A stretch of 64,000 nt of DNA from Octopus vulgaris (taxonomy: Eukaryota), in assembly GCA_951406725.2 (NCBI GenBank), contig OX597817.1, forward strand, positions 112,840,001 through 112,904,000. Reading direction: 5' to 3'. A program made the translations under genes and the position numbers. Below are positions 1 to 13,820 of the stretch, in pieces. The first letter of the stretch is position 1; each line of letters opens with the position of its first letter. A model generated the notes under the pieces. It saw nothing but the letters and a program-made list of their open reading frames with translations. It did no database searches and was not told the DNA's origin.

Positions 1-25
1 GTATGTGAATATACCTGTTAGAGAG

Positions 26-347
26 TGAAGGCACATGGCTTAGTGTTTAGGGTATTCAGCTCATAATTGTAAGGTCTTGAGTTCAATTCCCGGTGATACA
101 TTGTGCCCTTGAGCAAGACACTGTTTCACATTGCTCTAGTCCACTCAGCTGGCAAAAATGAGTAGCACCTGTATTTCAAAGGGCCAACCATGTCACACTA
201 TATGTCACTCTGAATCTCTCTGAGAACTACATTAAGGGTACACATGTCTATGGAGTGCTCAGCCACATGCACATTAATTTCATAACCAGGTTATTCCATT
301 GATTGGTTCAACTGGAACCCTCGTCGTAACCAATGGAGTGCCAGTTA
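26..347 (+). mobile_element. tRNA-derived SINE, family D (CORE-like body)
   Basis: A-box/B-box-like head (TGGCTTAGTG...GAGTTCAATTCC) followed by CCCTTGAGCAAGACAC and GTCCACTCAGCTGGCAAAAATGAG. The same body recurs at 13021, 42231 and 48791. Confidence 0.8.
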
Positions 348-1590
348 TGTTAGAGAAAGGAATATTCAAATAAATAGTTTTGTACTTAACATTGTCAATT
401 TTTAATCTTCCTTCAATCAACTCCTGATTATATATCAGTTAGAAGATATATAAAATTATGCAAGAAACTCAGTAACTAAGTATAACATTCCAGTGGAGAA
501 AGCTTCAGTAAATAACATTTATTTTTGTTTTTAAATTAAATTGCTTTAGCATTTATCTACAAAAAATTGCTATCATGGCTTCACTGAATAATATAATATC
601 TCATTTTACAAGGTGATGTCTGATGAAATTACAGATTACAGAATGGACAAGTGATGATGGGTTTTTGGGTGGATGAATGATTTTATCTTTCCAGATTCAT
701 TTTTATATGATAAATGGCATAACTTCAATTTTTAAAATAATATCATAGGATTGGTGTGGGGTGCTAGGTTTGGCCAGTTTGAACATAAAGCAGGTAGAAT
801 ATTTTGGCCAGAGATGACCAGTTTAAATGCAAAAGGGTTAAATTATTTTAGTAGTGTAGCCCACCTGATGATGAAGCATGTTTCATGCAGCCCATGTCTC
901 GAAATGATTACCCATGCCTGTTTTGCACAGTCATTATGACTCCTAGAAACAGCAACTAATATCCTTCAAATCATTTCACCATGTCAACTTAAAAAGAGAG
1001 ATACACATGATAATGTAGAACTATGTACAATGTCAAGAAGTAAAAATAGAATGATTATGAATGAAAAGTCTTCGGCAAGGTCTGTTGAATCAGGGCTGAG
1101 TTGCAGCTAAAATAATATTATTTATCAAATAGTTCTTCAAAACGTTATTTGGAAATGTCTCTAAAGAACTTGTCATAGTGTTCTTCTACAAAAAAAGTCT
1201 GTCATAGGTAAGATTCCCTGGCAATGTCGGAAATTATTCCCAACCGTTAGGTAAATTGAGACACAGAATGAAGCATTTTGTCATTTCATATATCATACAT
1301 ATGTTCTTATATAGTGCAGATAAGTGCATAAGTCAGTTCATATTTAGTTCAGATATAGTTCATATGAAGTGCATATGAACTGGCAATAGATCATGTTATT
1401 TTTAAATGCTATTCATATGTTCTGTTTTGCATACATACACCAACATACATGCATTAATAAATTTTAATAATTATATATGCTTGCACAAGCACACTTATGG
1501 ACATACAAATAGACACACACACACACACACACACACACACATCTATAGGTATGTGTATGTTAGCATGTCTATTGTGTATAAATATTATAT

Positions 1591-2097
1591 ATGAGGTGGG
1601 AAAGAAAGTCCTATCACATATTTGACACAATCATTTTGAAGGTTCATTTTCAATACTTACATTAAAATAAGCATTAACTTTTACATTTTAATGTTTTTTT
1701 TTCTGTCTTTGCAGATTACTTTATATCATAGTGGCTTAGTACATATCAATTTTATCCATTGAAAATAAACTTAGATCAGACCCTATCAGATGCTACATGT
1801 TGCATCATCATTGTTTAACGTCCGCTTTCCATGCTAGCATGGGTTGGACGAATGACTGAGGGCTGGTGAACCAGGTGGCTGCACCAGGCTTCAATCTTGA
1901 TCTGGCAGAGTTTCTACAGCTGGATGCCCTTCCTAACGCCAACTACTCCGAGAGTGTAGTGGGTGCTTTTACGTGCCACCTGCATAAGTTGCATGAATTC
2001 AAAATGGACTCTTCAGCAATGGGAGCAGCAAGAAATATTTGTTCTATTTATGGAAAGGAAACTTTGAGTGTCTGGATATACCAGTGATAGTTTGGCC
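1591..2097 (+). mobile_element. Mariner 5' fragment interrupted by an RTE 3' tail (1803-1981)
   Basis: TA-TGAGGTGG start resembles the other mariner TIRs in the window. 1990-2097 translates LHEFKMDSSAMGAARNICSIYGKETLSVWIYQ, like a mariner N-terminal HTH. Confidence 0.65.
1803..1981 (-). mobile_element. 5'-truncated RTE LINE 3' end with (GAT)n tail
   Basis: CATCATCATTGTTTAACGTCCGCTTTCCATGCTAGCATGGG...GGATGCCCTTCCTAACGCCAAC. The same 3' end follows the RTE ORF end at 30407-31025. Confidence 0.8.
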
Positions 2098-3572
2098 AGA
2101 TTTGCTCAATTACATCGCCCCCAATACTCAACTGGTACATATTTTATCAACCCTGAAAGAATGAAAAGCAAAGTCAACCCTGGCAGCATTTGAACTCAGA
2201 ACTCAGAACTAAATACTGCTAAGCATTTTGCTTGGTGCAGTAACAATTCTGCCAGTTCGTTGCCCTAAGCACATTGATGTAAATATTACTGTAACTTCAA
2301 TGTTGTCATCATCATCATTTAACATCTTCTGTCCATACTGGCATGGATTGGACAGTTTGACAGAAGCTGGCAAATCAGAAGACTGCACTAAGCTCCATTC
2401 TCTGCTTTGGCATGGTTTCTGTGGTTGGATACTCTTCCTAATGCCAACAACTTTATCTCCATATTCCAAAAAACAAAAACAATAATACAAGAAGCCAATG
2501 ATGAAGCTTCTACTTGATTATTCAAATAGCTATCAAATTTCCCACAATTTACACCTTACTCTGATTAAAAGAAAGAATACATTAACATGGTCTTAGATAT
2601 TCTGAGTCTGAATCCAATCAGAACTAACCTAACTTAACAACAATAGCAACAACATTGGCATGAACATTAATGCTAAAATACCATTCATCATCATCATCAT
2701 CATTGTTTAACGTCCGCTTTCCATGCTAGCATGGGTTGGACGAGCTAGCATGGGGTAGCATCCAACCATTATTTATATAACTTTACTATACTTAGTGAGA
2801 TTGCTGCTGCTGTTGATGGTGAGGATGACAATAACAATGATGATGATAATGATGATGATGATGACAATGCTGATGACGATGACAACAAAACAATGATGAT
2901 GAGGAGGAGGAGGAGAAAGATAATGATGATGATGTTTTATACTATTACTTATAGTTTCTACTGGTATACCACCAAACATCATTTGTATTGGTAATAATGT
3001 TATTTATACTGTGATAAGACACTGTTTACAACTGAAACTTACTGATATCACTAACAGTAACCAGTATTAAGCAATCGTGTACAGAGGTATTGGTTCAATT
3101 TCAATTAGCTACATTTGCTATTACCTACCACCATATCATTATCACTACCACCCTCATTTCATCACTGTTACAGTTATTGACACTAGAGCCACCACTACAA
3201 TCAACACTAGTTTGTTTGACCAACTGATGTTGCTGTCTTTTATGAAAGATGCTTTCATCTTTCAAAAAGTATCTGTATACAGAAGTATTGGCAGGGGAAA
3301 TTTTTAACATCTGTTCCTTGTAAGCAAAACCTCTGCTTCACTTGTTGATGTCAAGAAACCATCTCTCCAACAAGTTCTTTTTCACTCACAGATGTGCCAG
3401 TCAGCAATGTTTATAACAGAAATACCATTACATCACAACTGTATGTTTCATAGATGGGTTTACATAAACTCAAAGACATTCCAAAGAGAACAGCTGAGTG
3501 GTTCCATATTAGGTTTACAAGAATTATTACTAACAGTGGTGTGAGGAGAGCTGTAGAATAAGAGTTAAACAC

Positions 3573-3677
3573 CTTCCGAATTGAAAGCAATTTCTCATCT
3601 TTCAGCACGACTATTTGCTTTGGAAAAGGCATGCACATCACAACCTCTGATTTATCTTCCTTTATAAATTTGAAACC
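3573..3677 (-). CDS. Candidate isolated coding exon (35 aa, GFKFIKEDKSEVVMCMPFPKQIVVLKDEKLLSIRK), unidentified
   Basis: Minus-strand acceptor ttcttattttgctacAG and donor AAG|GTgttt; 105 nt, open, phase 0-0, non-repetitive. No partner exons or protein family recognised. Confidence 0.3.
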
Positions 3678-3789
3678 CTGTAGCAAAATAAGAAGTATTT
3701 ACACTTCATTCAAATTGTTTCCCAATAATTTTTTTTCTAAGATATTGTACAGGAGTAGATAATTCCTCATATACATATATATGTCATAT

Positions 3790-3950
3790 ATAAAGATGAG
3801 AAACACCCTGGAAAACATGGAATGAAGAACTGAAGGCCAATCTCAAAATTCTGAACCTTACAAAGGAGCTGACAAAGGACCAAGATATATGGCACGTTGT
3901 TGTACTCAAGAAGATCTGCCCACCTCAACAGAATTGATATCTTAAAACCA
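3790..3950 (+). mobile_element. RTE LINE ORF C-terminal fragment
   Basis: Translates PWKTWNEELKANLKILNLTKELTKDQDIWHVVVLKK, homologous to the RPRKTW...DRDLW RTE end at 40127-40270. Confidence 0.65.
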
Positions 3951-4288
3951 CCATGATAATACTAGTCTGTGAGGCAAGACCACTTTGTTAATGCTTGTCC
4001 ATCAACCTTCTTACCCAACCCACATTTCATTTTCTAACACCCAAAAGCACTGGTGATGGTGCCACATAAACAAGGACCTGGAAATAGGGGGTGAATTTGC
4101 ACCTCCTAAAATTTTGTTGGGGTGCAAAATTCAATATTGCACCCCCTACTTACATTTCCCAGGCTTAGGAAAAAATGAGAACTAAAATAAATAAAAAGGA
4201 AATACCTAGAAAGATATATTATTGAACTAAAGCACCCTCAACATTAAAAAATTAAATTCTATCTATCTATCTATTTATCTATCTATCT

Positions 4289-4920
4289 GACAAACACTTT
4301 CCTCTCTGGTCAATCTCTCATCAACTTCTTCAAGTACCACTTGAAAAGGAAAGTGAGAGTAGAGAGGCAAGTTTTGTCTAGCGAATGTTTTAAAAAAGAT
4401 GGGTGAATGTAGCAAGGATGGCACGTATGAATGACGAAGCCACCTTGAGCATAATCCTAAGAACCCAGAAATTGAAAACAGAGGGTTACCCACTTGCAAA
4501 CAAATGTGGTAACATATAACAATATTGACCAAGGTTACCGTGATCTTTTTCGTAGGCTTTTCTTCCCACGGATAAACCTTACTTGCTTTCCCCTTTACAC
4601 CATATATCATAACACTGTGATACACGATCCCTATTGATCGTTCTTTTTTTTTCCTCTTCCCCTTTTTCCCCTTTTTTCTTCTTTTTTCATTTCTCTTTCT
4701 TTTTGTTCCTTTTCCTTTTCTTTTTTTTCTTTTTATTCTTTTTATTTTATTCAATTTTTTTTTGTTTTTCTTTTCTTCCCTTTTACGATCCCTCTTGATC
4801 GAAAACCTACGCCACCCCCTTTTTTTTCTTTTGTTTTTTGTTCTCTTCATCCCCCAAAAGAAAAGCTCTACCTTGTAACTTGTCCCATCTGTGTGCAGCC
4901 CTGTGTGGCCAATAAAGAAA
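4289..4920 (+). mobile_element. 5'-truncated Tx1/L1-like LINE (ORF2 C-terminus plus 3' UTR) inside (TATC)n
   Basis: Plus frame reads TNTFLSGQSLINFFKYHLKRKVRVERQVLSSECFKK/WVNVARMARMNDEATLSIIL (one frameshift). A T-rich UTR ends in AATAAAGAAA, with (TATC)n on both sides. Clade assignment is by resemblance only. Confidence 0.6.
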
Positions 4921-4921
4921 C

Positions 4922-5165
<244 letters not shown>

Positions 5166-5549
5166 ACATGTGAAGGCGTGGCTATGTGGTAAGATGTTTG
5201 CTTCCCAACCACATGGTTCCAGTTCAGGTTCAGTCCCACTGCGTGGTATCTTGTATACAGCATTAAGTCTGTTATTTATTTTATAGTCTCTTCCTGATAT
5301 CATTTAATTCAACTTTTTTAAAGCATATCAGGAAGGGTGTTCAGCAAAATTACTACCAGACATGATATTACAGTTAATACCATTAATAGCAGTCCTTCTC
5401 TCTCTTATAATTATGTAAAGCAAAGTTAATCCAATTGAGTTTTGAATTGAGAATGTGAGAGATGAAAATATATACTCTATACACAGTAAGCCCACAGTCT
5501 TCTATCATTTGTGTCACACTCCATCATTCAAACAATTAATGAAGCTAAC

Positions 5550-5770
5550 AAGGGAGACTGTACATGGTCATTTGGCTAGCTAGAAATAGCAACCAAATTC
5601 CTTCAAATTACATCCTACAATTATAATTACAAAAAGGACACAAACGACAATGTATTCTTACACGCCTGTAAATGCACAGGATGGTTGCAGCTGGAGTGTC
5701 TTTGATTATAGATTTATATTTTTGATCAAGGCTGACCTCAAGCTGAACAGCAACAGAAATAAGTATAACA
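5550..5770 (+). mobile_element. Dispersed repeat with (CAA)n-like tail (also ~940-1110, 2510-2650, 6160-6430, 35700-35900)
   Basis: Shared motif ACATGGTCATT..CTAGAAATAGCA(A/G)CCAAAT...TTTGAT(C/T)ATAG...GGCTGACCT....CTAAACAACAAC. Confidence 0.6.
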
Positions 5771-6642
5771 GTAACAAGAATGAAATCAAGAACAGCAATA
5801 ATTACAACAATAATTAATGATTTCTAGCATTGGCACAATGCCACAAATTTAGTGGAAGGGAAGTTAATTATGTAGAGTTAAGTACTTGACTGCTTCTTAA
5901 CAGTCTTCATATTTGTTATCTCACATCAGTCTCCTTAGTGCTGTAAGAAGCTATTTTATTCCTCATTTCATAGGAACATCTCATTAACCTATATATTATG
6001 GCAGTATCTCTCATATGCATCTGATCACCTAATTAATTTTATTAGTCTTTTGTAAGAGAAACAAATTGGCTGGATCAGCAAACTATTTTATGTTGTTTAT
6101 GCATTTTTAGTAGAATCATCTTCATCACATATCAACCTATGTACTGATTAAGCTTCTGAGGGAGACACTACATGGTCATTCGACTTGCTAGAAACAACAG
6201 CCTAAATTGTTTTTCTTTTTTAATACTAGTAACACACTTACAGGATCCTAATCACCAGACATGTTATAATTCTTACATGGTCATCTAATCTGTTACAAAT
6301 AGCAATTACATTTCTTTTAAATCCCATGCTGCAATCTTAAAAATAAAAGATTGGATAGTCACAGCTGGAACATCTTTCATCATATGCTTGTTCACTCAGG
6401 AATGACTTGGGGCCAAACAATAACAACACCATAGTGAATCTGTGCAGGTATTACATAAAAAGCATTCTTGCTGGGGCCATGCAAAAGTGCTTTGCAGTGC
6501 CATGTTAAATGCACCTAGCACACATTGTAAAGCAGTTGGCATTAGGAAGGGCATCCAGCTGTAGAAACCAAGCCCTTCCCAGCAGACCAGCTCAGGTCAA
6601 ACCATCCAGCCCATGTCATCATGGAAAACAGATGTTAAAGGC

Positions 6643-6681
<39 letters not shown>

Positions 6682-8049
6682 CCCTAATGCCTACTCAGCA
6701 AAATACTTGCTTTGTGTCTTATCAAAATCATATTTTACATAACAGTAGTTTTACAAAGAAATATGACTGTTTTAAAGAATTATATGAAATTACTATCAGT
6801 GATGTAACAGTAACCAAAATCTGAGCTGATTAGCAAACATTTCGATAATCTGCTACTTCACAAAGCAAAAATACATTAATGTCATTATTCTCTTCACCAT
6901 ATAATGTGTAGTTCTCCTGAAAACTCCTCAACACCAAGAATTATTGTAAGATTTAGACTCTATAGATTTATACTCTTTATCCAAAACTAAGTATTGTTAA
7001 CACTATAACTTCCCAGCAAAATGAATTGTTTATAGTCCATTTTCTATTCCAGGTAGTAATACATCTTCAGATAGACAAACCAGTTTGGGGAAAAAAAAAC
7101 AGTCATTGCTATGTAAAAACCAATTTCACTTTCCCCATATAATTAGAGATGTTCAACCTTGATAAGAAAATAATAATCTATAATTGTAGAACAGAGTCAG
7201 AGGATCATTTCTTCACTTTTCACTAGGTGATGGTAAGATATTCATTTGTAATATACAATGGCAATTAACAACATACAAGTAATCTAAAAGACTTCATAAA
7301 ATTACTGAATAGATTTATGAAATTCTGTGGTTTCCAAATTTTCTTTCAGTTCTACAGCTTATATGTGGTGATATTATACTATTCATTTAGTTGCTGTGAG
7401 GATGAGCATGATTTAGTATTGCTGAAAATAAGGGAGGGTTTGAAGGCAGCAGTAGTAGCTGGAGGAAGTAGTGTGGTTGACCAACATCAGCTCTACAGGA
7501 GATGGTGAAACTACTGATGTCAAACCATTGATGATTTACAAATGTGCTTGAGCAGGAATATTTAGGAGCTATTTGTTCAACTGATGCTGAGTTTTTTCAT
7601 CTTCCTGCTTAATCTAGGTTGTGATTTTGCCTGGATGAATCAAATAACAAGCATTTGTAGGAAACTTCATTTTGTTCTTGTAACAAACTATTTATCTAAG
7701 AATTTATTGCTATTCTTAATTACCTGTCAACTAATTACTCAGCTGGAGATAACATGCATACACCAAACTCACTGTGATCACTGAAAAGGACCTTGACAAA
7801 AACTCATCAAACTTTACAATTGATGGACAGTAAAGTTTCAAAAAATAAACTTTGTTGTTCTTTCTGCTGCACCATTAGATTTTGAAGTGTATGTAGTACT
7901 TTCAACTTTCGTGTTAACTAGTCAGTTTGATTTACTGTCATTGGATGTAAAATCTAGAGGAAAATGAAAAATAAATATTTCCTCACACACTGAGCTTCTA
8001 CTGAGACAAAAATGTTCAGTTTAAACAGTGGCTGCATCTGCTGTGTTCA

Positions 8050-11000
8050 ACACATTCCCAGCATTTTGTACTAATATCTCCAGTCTATATGTATTCTTTC
8101 AAAGGGTTGTGATTCCAGGCATTTATCAGTACATAGTACATCTTGAAATTTGGCTTTAGTGCACACATATCACAAGATCTGACAAATTCTTTAGGACAAG
8201 ATTAGGTCACCAAACACAAGTCCTTGCATTTTTTTTTTTTTTCAGTGTCATGAATTATGTAAAGAACTTTTGCACAATATGTTCAGGAATGAACACTCAA
8301 CTTTTATTAAAGATAAAATCATTCTCTGCTATTAGTTTAAAATTGTCATTCTAAAACAGTCTGTCTAGACCAGCAATGCAATTCTTTAAGTAAACAAAGA
8401 GGTACATGTCTTAAAATGATTTCTGATGGCTTCAACTGCATCAGCTAAGATTAATTTACTATTACTTATAACAGAATATAATTCATTGAGTCAAAATTGA
8501 CAGAGTTATGCATTAACATTCTATGAGTACTAGCATCACATGATTTTAAAATCATTGTGATAATTTTAAGGCCCATCTGGAAATCAAGTGAAAAGTTTCC
8601 CTAGAAGCCTCAAGATCCTTTGAAAAATTGATTTGCAAAGGCCAGTGATCAGTTTCCAATGTGAAAGGTTTCTTTAACAGAAAATGCTTCAAACTTTCTG
8701 TACACCATATTACTGCATATGCTTCCATTCAAAATTGCTTCAATTGTTTTGAGTACTAACAAATATATGATTTACAGATCCATTTTGAGACATTATTCCT
8801 GCTACAGCAAATTCAAAAGCACCAAGCGTAAGAGTTATTTCAGACTTAGTAAAGAATGTTACCAAAACGGTATTTTGTAAGAAGTTTTGTAATCTCTCCA
8901 AAGAGCTGTTCTTCTACATTTCCCATGCATGGACATTCATTGTTGCTGAAAAAAAAATAAAGTCAAACAGTCTGAAAATTTTTGTATAAACTGGTAATAA
9001 TAGTTTACTAATCTCGAATATTTTAAAATTACTTTTTTCGATTTAGGAACACTAGTCCCTTAAATTTTGCTTATTAGACTATGTGATGCTAAGAGCCTGT
9101 CCTTTGAAATATTCATTGTTAGGAAATCTATGGAAGATGCATGATTAATGCATTTATCTGAGATAATCAATACATTGGCTCCTTTCAGTCTAGCAATAAC
9201 TGCATTTTCTCGATTCTTCAATTTATTCTGGGTTGTTACAATGATGAGTATGTTGTCCTGATATATAATTATGTCATTAATTTCCTTCGGTATATACTCT
9301 GTACAATGCTGGAAAATGGAACTGCTATTTTTGAGACCCATCTGAAGTCTAAGTAAAGAGCATTACTTGCATTCATGTTTATTGCACACACGCCATTAGA
9401 GTTCTCATCCAAACAAATCTGCCAATATGGACACTTTTTAAGTCAGTTGAGGAAAAAAAAATGTTGCTCTTTACATATCACTTAACACTGCTTTAAACTG
9501 AAAGCCAAATGACAAAATTGTAATCTTATAATTTAAATGTACTTTGTGCATTCTTAATTTATCATCTTTTATTCACAACTGGTGATGCATTGCCGACATC
9601 TTCAAGCAAACATGGAGCTACAATTATCATCGCTTCAAGATTGTGAAGTTCATTTTCAATTTTTTTTTTCCATGTGTACTGGAACTGAGTGTATTGAGCA
9701 ACTTTTATTTCTAACTGCACTTGAGAGTGAAATTTTAGCCTTTTATCAGAAGCCTAGTAATATAACATAACTTTTAGAATATGTGCATTAAGTGATTCAA
9801 AGTTGTAAGTGCTATTAAACCACAACAAAACCAAAGAGCTTTTCCTTTTTATCTCAAGAGTCAAGCAAAGCTATCATCAGTTTTGAGTTATCATAAGAAG
9901 TAAAATATTTGTCAGTAGGTTTGATGATTAATAATTTTTCTTTTTTTTAGCAGTAAAACCAGATTCGCAGTATACTGCACCAGAATCCAATTACATTTGA
10001 ACTAGGTGTCCATTAAATTTACTGTTACCCTAGTGTAAAGCATCATTTGTTTCATAATTAATATTCAAAGTTACTTCCTCATTAGAAGATTGTTTAGGAA
10101 TCAATAGCCTTAAAGTTATCGCTGAGGGCAGCCTTGGCAGAATACAATAGTTTTTGACCTGCAAAATTTACTGAACTGGCTCAATTTGCTACAATTAAGA
10201 AACATCTTTTCCATATTCAAGATAGGACCTACAAGAATATAATGATTACAATACTTGAGCCAATCCACAAATGCTGCAATTTTTAACCTAGCTTTATTCA
10301 GTTACTTGTTATTTGCTAAGTTTTCCTTCACAAGAGTCCTTGCTTGTAGTGTACAATACTACTGTATTAGAATTTAGCTTTATTATTGATCCAAGAGCAA
10401 AAGCTTGCTAAGAATGCACTTGTACAACAAGGCTAACTACATTTGAAGTGTATGCTTAAGGTGAAGTTCTTAGATAATCGAAAAACCTTTATTTCTGAAC
10501 ACAATTGATTCTTTTAATAAAAAAAATTGTAAACTTTGCTTCTGGGCCATCTTTGATTGTAAAGAATTTACATAAAGAAGCATGTGCATTGAGTCTTAGT
10601 AGGAAATCATCAGCTGGTTCGCCCTGTTTTTGCCTCAGGTCCAGAAATTCTAACCTGTCTGAGCCGATATGTCTTTGAATAACCTTTAAATGATTGATTT
10701 TGAACTGTTGGAGGCTACAGAATGATTGCATTGATGCCAAGGCTAACTACATATAAGATGGATGCTTAAGGTGAAGTTCTTAGATAATTGAAAAATCTTT
10801 ATTTTTGAACACAACTGACTCTTTTAATAAAAAAAATTATAAATCCCGCTTTTGAGTCATATTTGATTGCAAAGAATTTACAAGAAGTGTGTGTGCACTG
10901 AGTCTTAGTAGCTCTTCTTGTTTTTGCCACAGGTTAGAAAATAATGCCACATAATGCAAAGAATTTTGCCTGAACCAGTTCAAACTCAGTGTCATCTATA

Positions 11001-11474
11001 AGCAGTTTGAGTTAGACTGCATGAGTCATATTTCTTCTTCTTCTTCTTCTTCTTCTTCTTCTTCTTCTCCTCCTTTTTTCTCCTACTCCTCCTCCTTCTT
11101 CTTCTCCTCCTTCTCCTCCTCCTCCTCCTCCTCCTTCTTCTTCTTCTTCTTCTTCTTCTTCTTCTTCTTCTTCTTCTTCTTCAGCATTATAAAAATTTAA
11201 ATGTTTATTGGACTTCATCTTAGTGTTGTTAGTTGAATTACAAACTCTTCCTCACCAATAATTGGATTTACATTTATTAAATAAGTCAGAGAGTGTGTAA
11301 GTTCAAAATCCCAAACATCAGTAAAAATTGGCAATCACACTTCACTAATAATATCCAAATGGTACAACATAAAATATATAATAAAAAAAAACCCTGTTCC
11401 TGACATAAAACAGGCAGTCACCTTAAACAGTCCTAACCACATACAAGCAATACCACAACAATATTAGCATAACA
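8050..11474 (-). mobile_element. Decayed Gypsy/Ty3 LTR retrotransposon (5' LTR, gag, PR, RT, RNase H, IN zinc finger; 3'-truncated)
   Basis: Minus-strand order: LTR-like ~11474-11260, degenerate PBS TGGTGAGGAAG, gag (RQKQGEPADDFLLRLNAHASLCKF), protease LDSGA (~9985). Then RT MGLKNSSSIFQ...IIIYQDNILI (9060-9341), RNase H ETDHWPL and WALKL (8660-8550), and IN-like RSCDMC (~8170). Many stops and frameshifts. Confidence 0.85.
11031..11182. repeat. (TTC)n/(TCC)n trinucleotide tract within gag remnant
   Basis: Direct reading. Confidence 0.95.
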
Positions 11475-12166
11475 ATGACTGGGTAGATAGATAAAGTGTG
11501 CAGATGTTGACTAGATACATTTACATATTAACAATAGCATACTATAAATATAGCAATTTGTATGTCTCTTCAGACTGCCTGGTAGCAGTTGCTAAATAAA
11601 GTTATCAAAGAAGAAAAAGAATGGAAGAAAAATGGTTTTTATGTGAAAATTATATTCTTTCCCCAAAATAGTTTATTTTCAAAAACCCATGAAGGAAATA
11701 ATCTTTTTTTTTTTTAATAAATTCACATAGTTACTGCCACCAGTCTGTCCAAATATACTTACAAAAGCACACACAGATACATTGCAACTGACACACAGAT
11801 ACATACACAACAATACATTCAAGAATATATGCTAACAGAGAGGCATGCACCCCCCCTCACACACACACACATTTCAACAGGCATGTACAAACATCAAAAC
11901 ATATAAGTGAACAGGTACAGAAATACCATAAACATAACACTGAATGAGAATGCAGGCTCAAAAATTTAAATAGCATAAATCAATTTGCTTTTATTCTTTC
12001 TTTTTAAAGAAAAAATATATAAAGCTGAAATAGGGAACATTAACCAAAAAGCCTTCTGAAACTAGTAGTTGTAATGCAACTACAAAAATCACATACAAAC
12101 AAACACATGTTTAATTATGCCATTTATTATTTAAAATCATCTATATATATAAGACAGCATTTGTGC

Positions 12167-12206
<40 letters not shown>

Positions 12207-13020
12207 CTTATGGATTCAAAAACTGAGTTGCCAATTTTGACGTATGATGTATCAAAAGATTCAGTAAATTTTCAGCTGCCAAATAAAGTATGTTCTTTGC
12301 ACAACTCTTTTTTACTACAAAAATAACCTCGGAAATGAGTTTTGGTCACACAATTTTGAGGTCTTAAGCTAGAGAAGACAACTCTGCCTGAACAATTTTT
12401 ATGTCTTAGATAGAGCATAATGAGAAAATGTTTAAAATGCAAGTTGTTTTACCAGAGAATGAAACTTCAAAGATATTGAACTGCTAACTCTGAGACATAG
12501 TGGGACACAATACTCTATTTAACAACAAATATAAACACATACACATATTAGATACAAGAATGACTGTATGGTTAAGAAGCTTGCTCCCCAACCACATGGT
12601 TTCATGTTCACTTCCTCTGTATAGTACCTTCGGCAAGTGTTTTCTAATAGGCCAACCATAGACTTGTAACTGAATTTGGTAGATGGAAACTGCAGCGTTT
12701 TTCATCAGAAAATGAGTGAAAAACATGTTTATAAAGAAGAGTTGTTTGCTTCATACTCCTCATATGCTGACTCTGCCCATAAGAAGAGAACAAATAATAC
12801 AATGTAGCTGTAGCTCATAACAGCTGGGTAATGTTAGGGTGCAATACTAGTCTACAGTAAACTAAATATGCTATGTTTACATCATGAGTTTCTACAAAAT
12901 TGATTTTAAAAATCATCATCATCATCCTGACCACATTCAGTCAAACCAACATCATTAATAAATTCTAATTATGATAATGCATCACTATGTAGTATTTTAG
13001 ATACTTAAAAAAAAAATAAT

Positions 13021-13258
13021 TAATGCACCCTTTTAAAGCCTAGCCCGGTTTCCCGGTTTCTATGGTATACGTGTTCCCCAGCTGGATGGGACGCCAGTCC
13101 ATCGCAGCGTTACTCATTTTTGCCAGCTGTGTGGACTGGAGCAACATGAAATGAAGTGTTTTGCTCAAGAACACAACACGTCATTCGGTCCAAGAATCGA
13201 AACCACAATCTTACAATCATGATGCTGACACCCTAACCACTAAGCCACGTGCCTTCAC
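13021..13258 (-). mobile_element. tRNA-SINE family D, full length
   Basis: Head GGCACGTGGCTTAGTGGTTAGGG...GGTTTCGATTC. Flanked by TTTTAGATACTT direct repeats (12995-13006 and 13268-13279). Confidence 0.85.
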
Positions 13259-13609
13259 ATTTTTTTCTTTTAGATACTTTTACATAAACTATTTCAGTAT
13301 CAAGTGATGTTTTAAAGCCCATCTTAAAATATGAGCAGTTGCTTTGTTACATTTTTCCAAAAATAATGTCTTGAGGCCCATGGCCTGAAACCAATTTAAA
13401 TTTTGGGTTAAGCAGAAAATGCCATGATCTTTGATTACTCTTTACACTCATGAATACTTTCCTCTTAATATTTAAATATCTTGTTTCATCTGTAGTTAAT
13501 ACTCTTGAAAAATACGATATAGAATGACTATGTTTTTATTTACATCTGTTGTTAAGATAACCTTTGTGACATCATAAATCTGTTCCACTAGACTACTGGC
13601 TTTGATGCT

Positions 13610-13820
13610 GGTTTCAAATTTTGGCACAGTGCCAGCAATTTTTTGGGGGGGTAAATTGTCTAAATCAACACTAGTGCTCAACTGTTTCTTATTTTATCAA
13701 CCCCGAAAGGATGAAAGGCAAATTGATCTTGGCAGAATTTGAACTCAGGACATAAAGACAGACAAAATGCTGCTAAGCATCTTGCTTGGCATACTAACAT
13801 CACTGCCAGCTTGCCACCTT
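13610..13820 (-). mobile_element. tRNA-SINE family C, older tail variant (also ~2110-2265, 31730-31870, 33025-33210, 54030-54242, 57240-57440)
   Basis: Central motif TTTGCCTTTCATCCTTTCGGGGTTGATAAAAT; tail ...GCTGGCACTGTGCCAAAATTTGAAACC. Confidence 0.75.

Noticed and set aside
860-915. CTGATGA...GAAA hammerhead-like motif
   Set aside because: Stems I and III cannot be formed.
4275-4850. 191-aa Lys/Arg-rich ORF (longest in the track)
   Set aside because: It is the antisense reading of the T-rich LINE 3' UTR.
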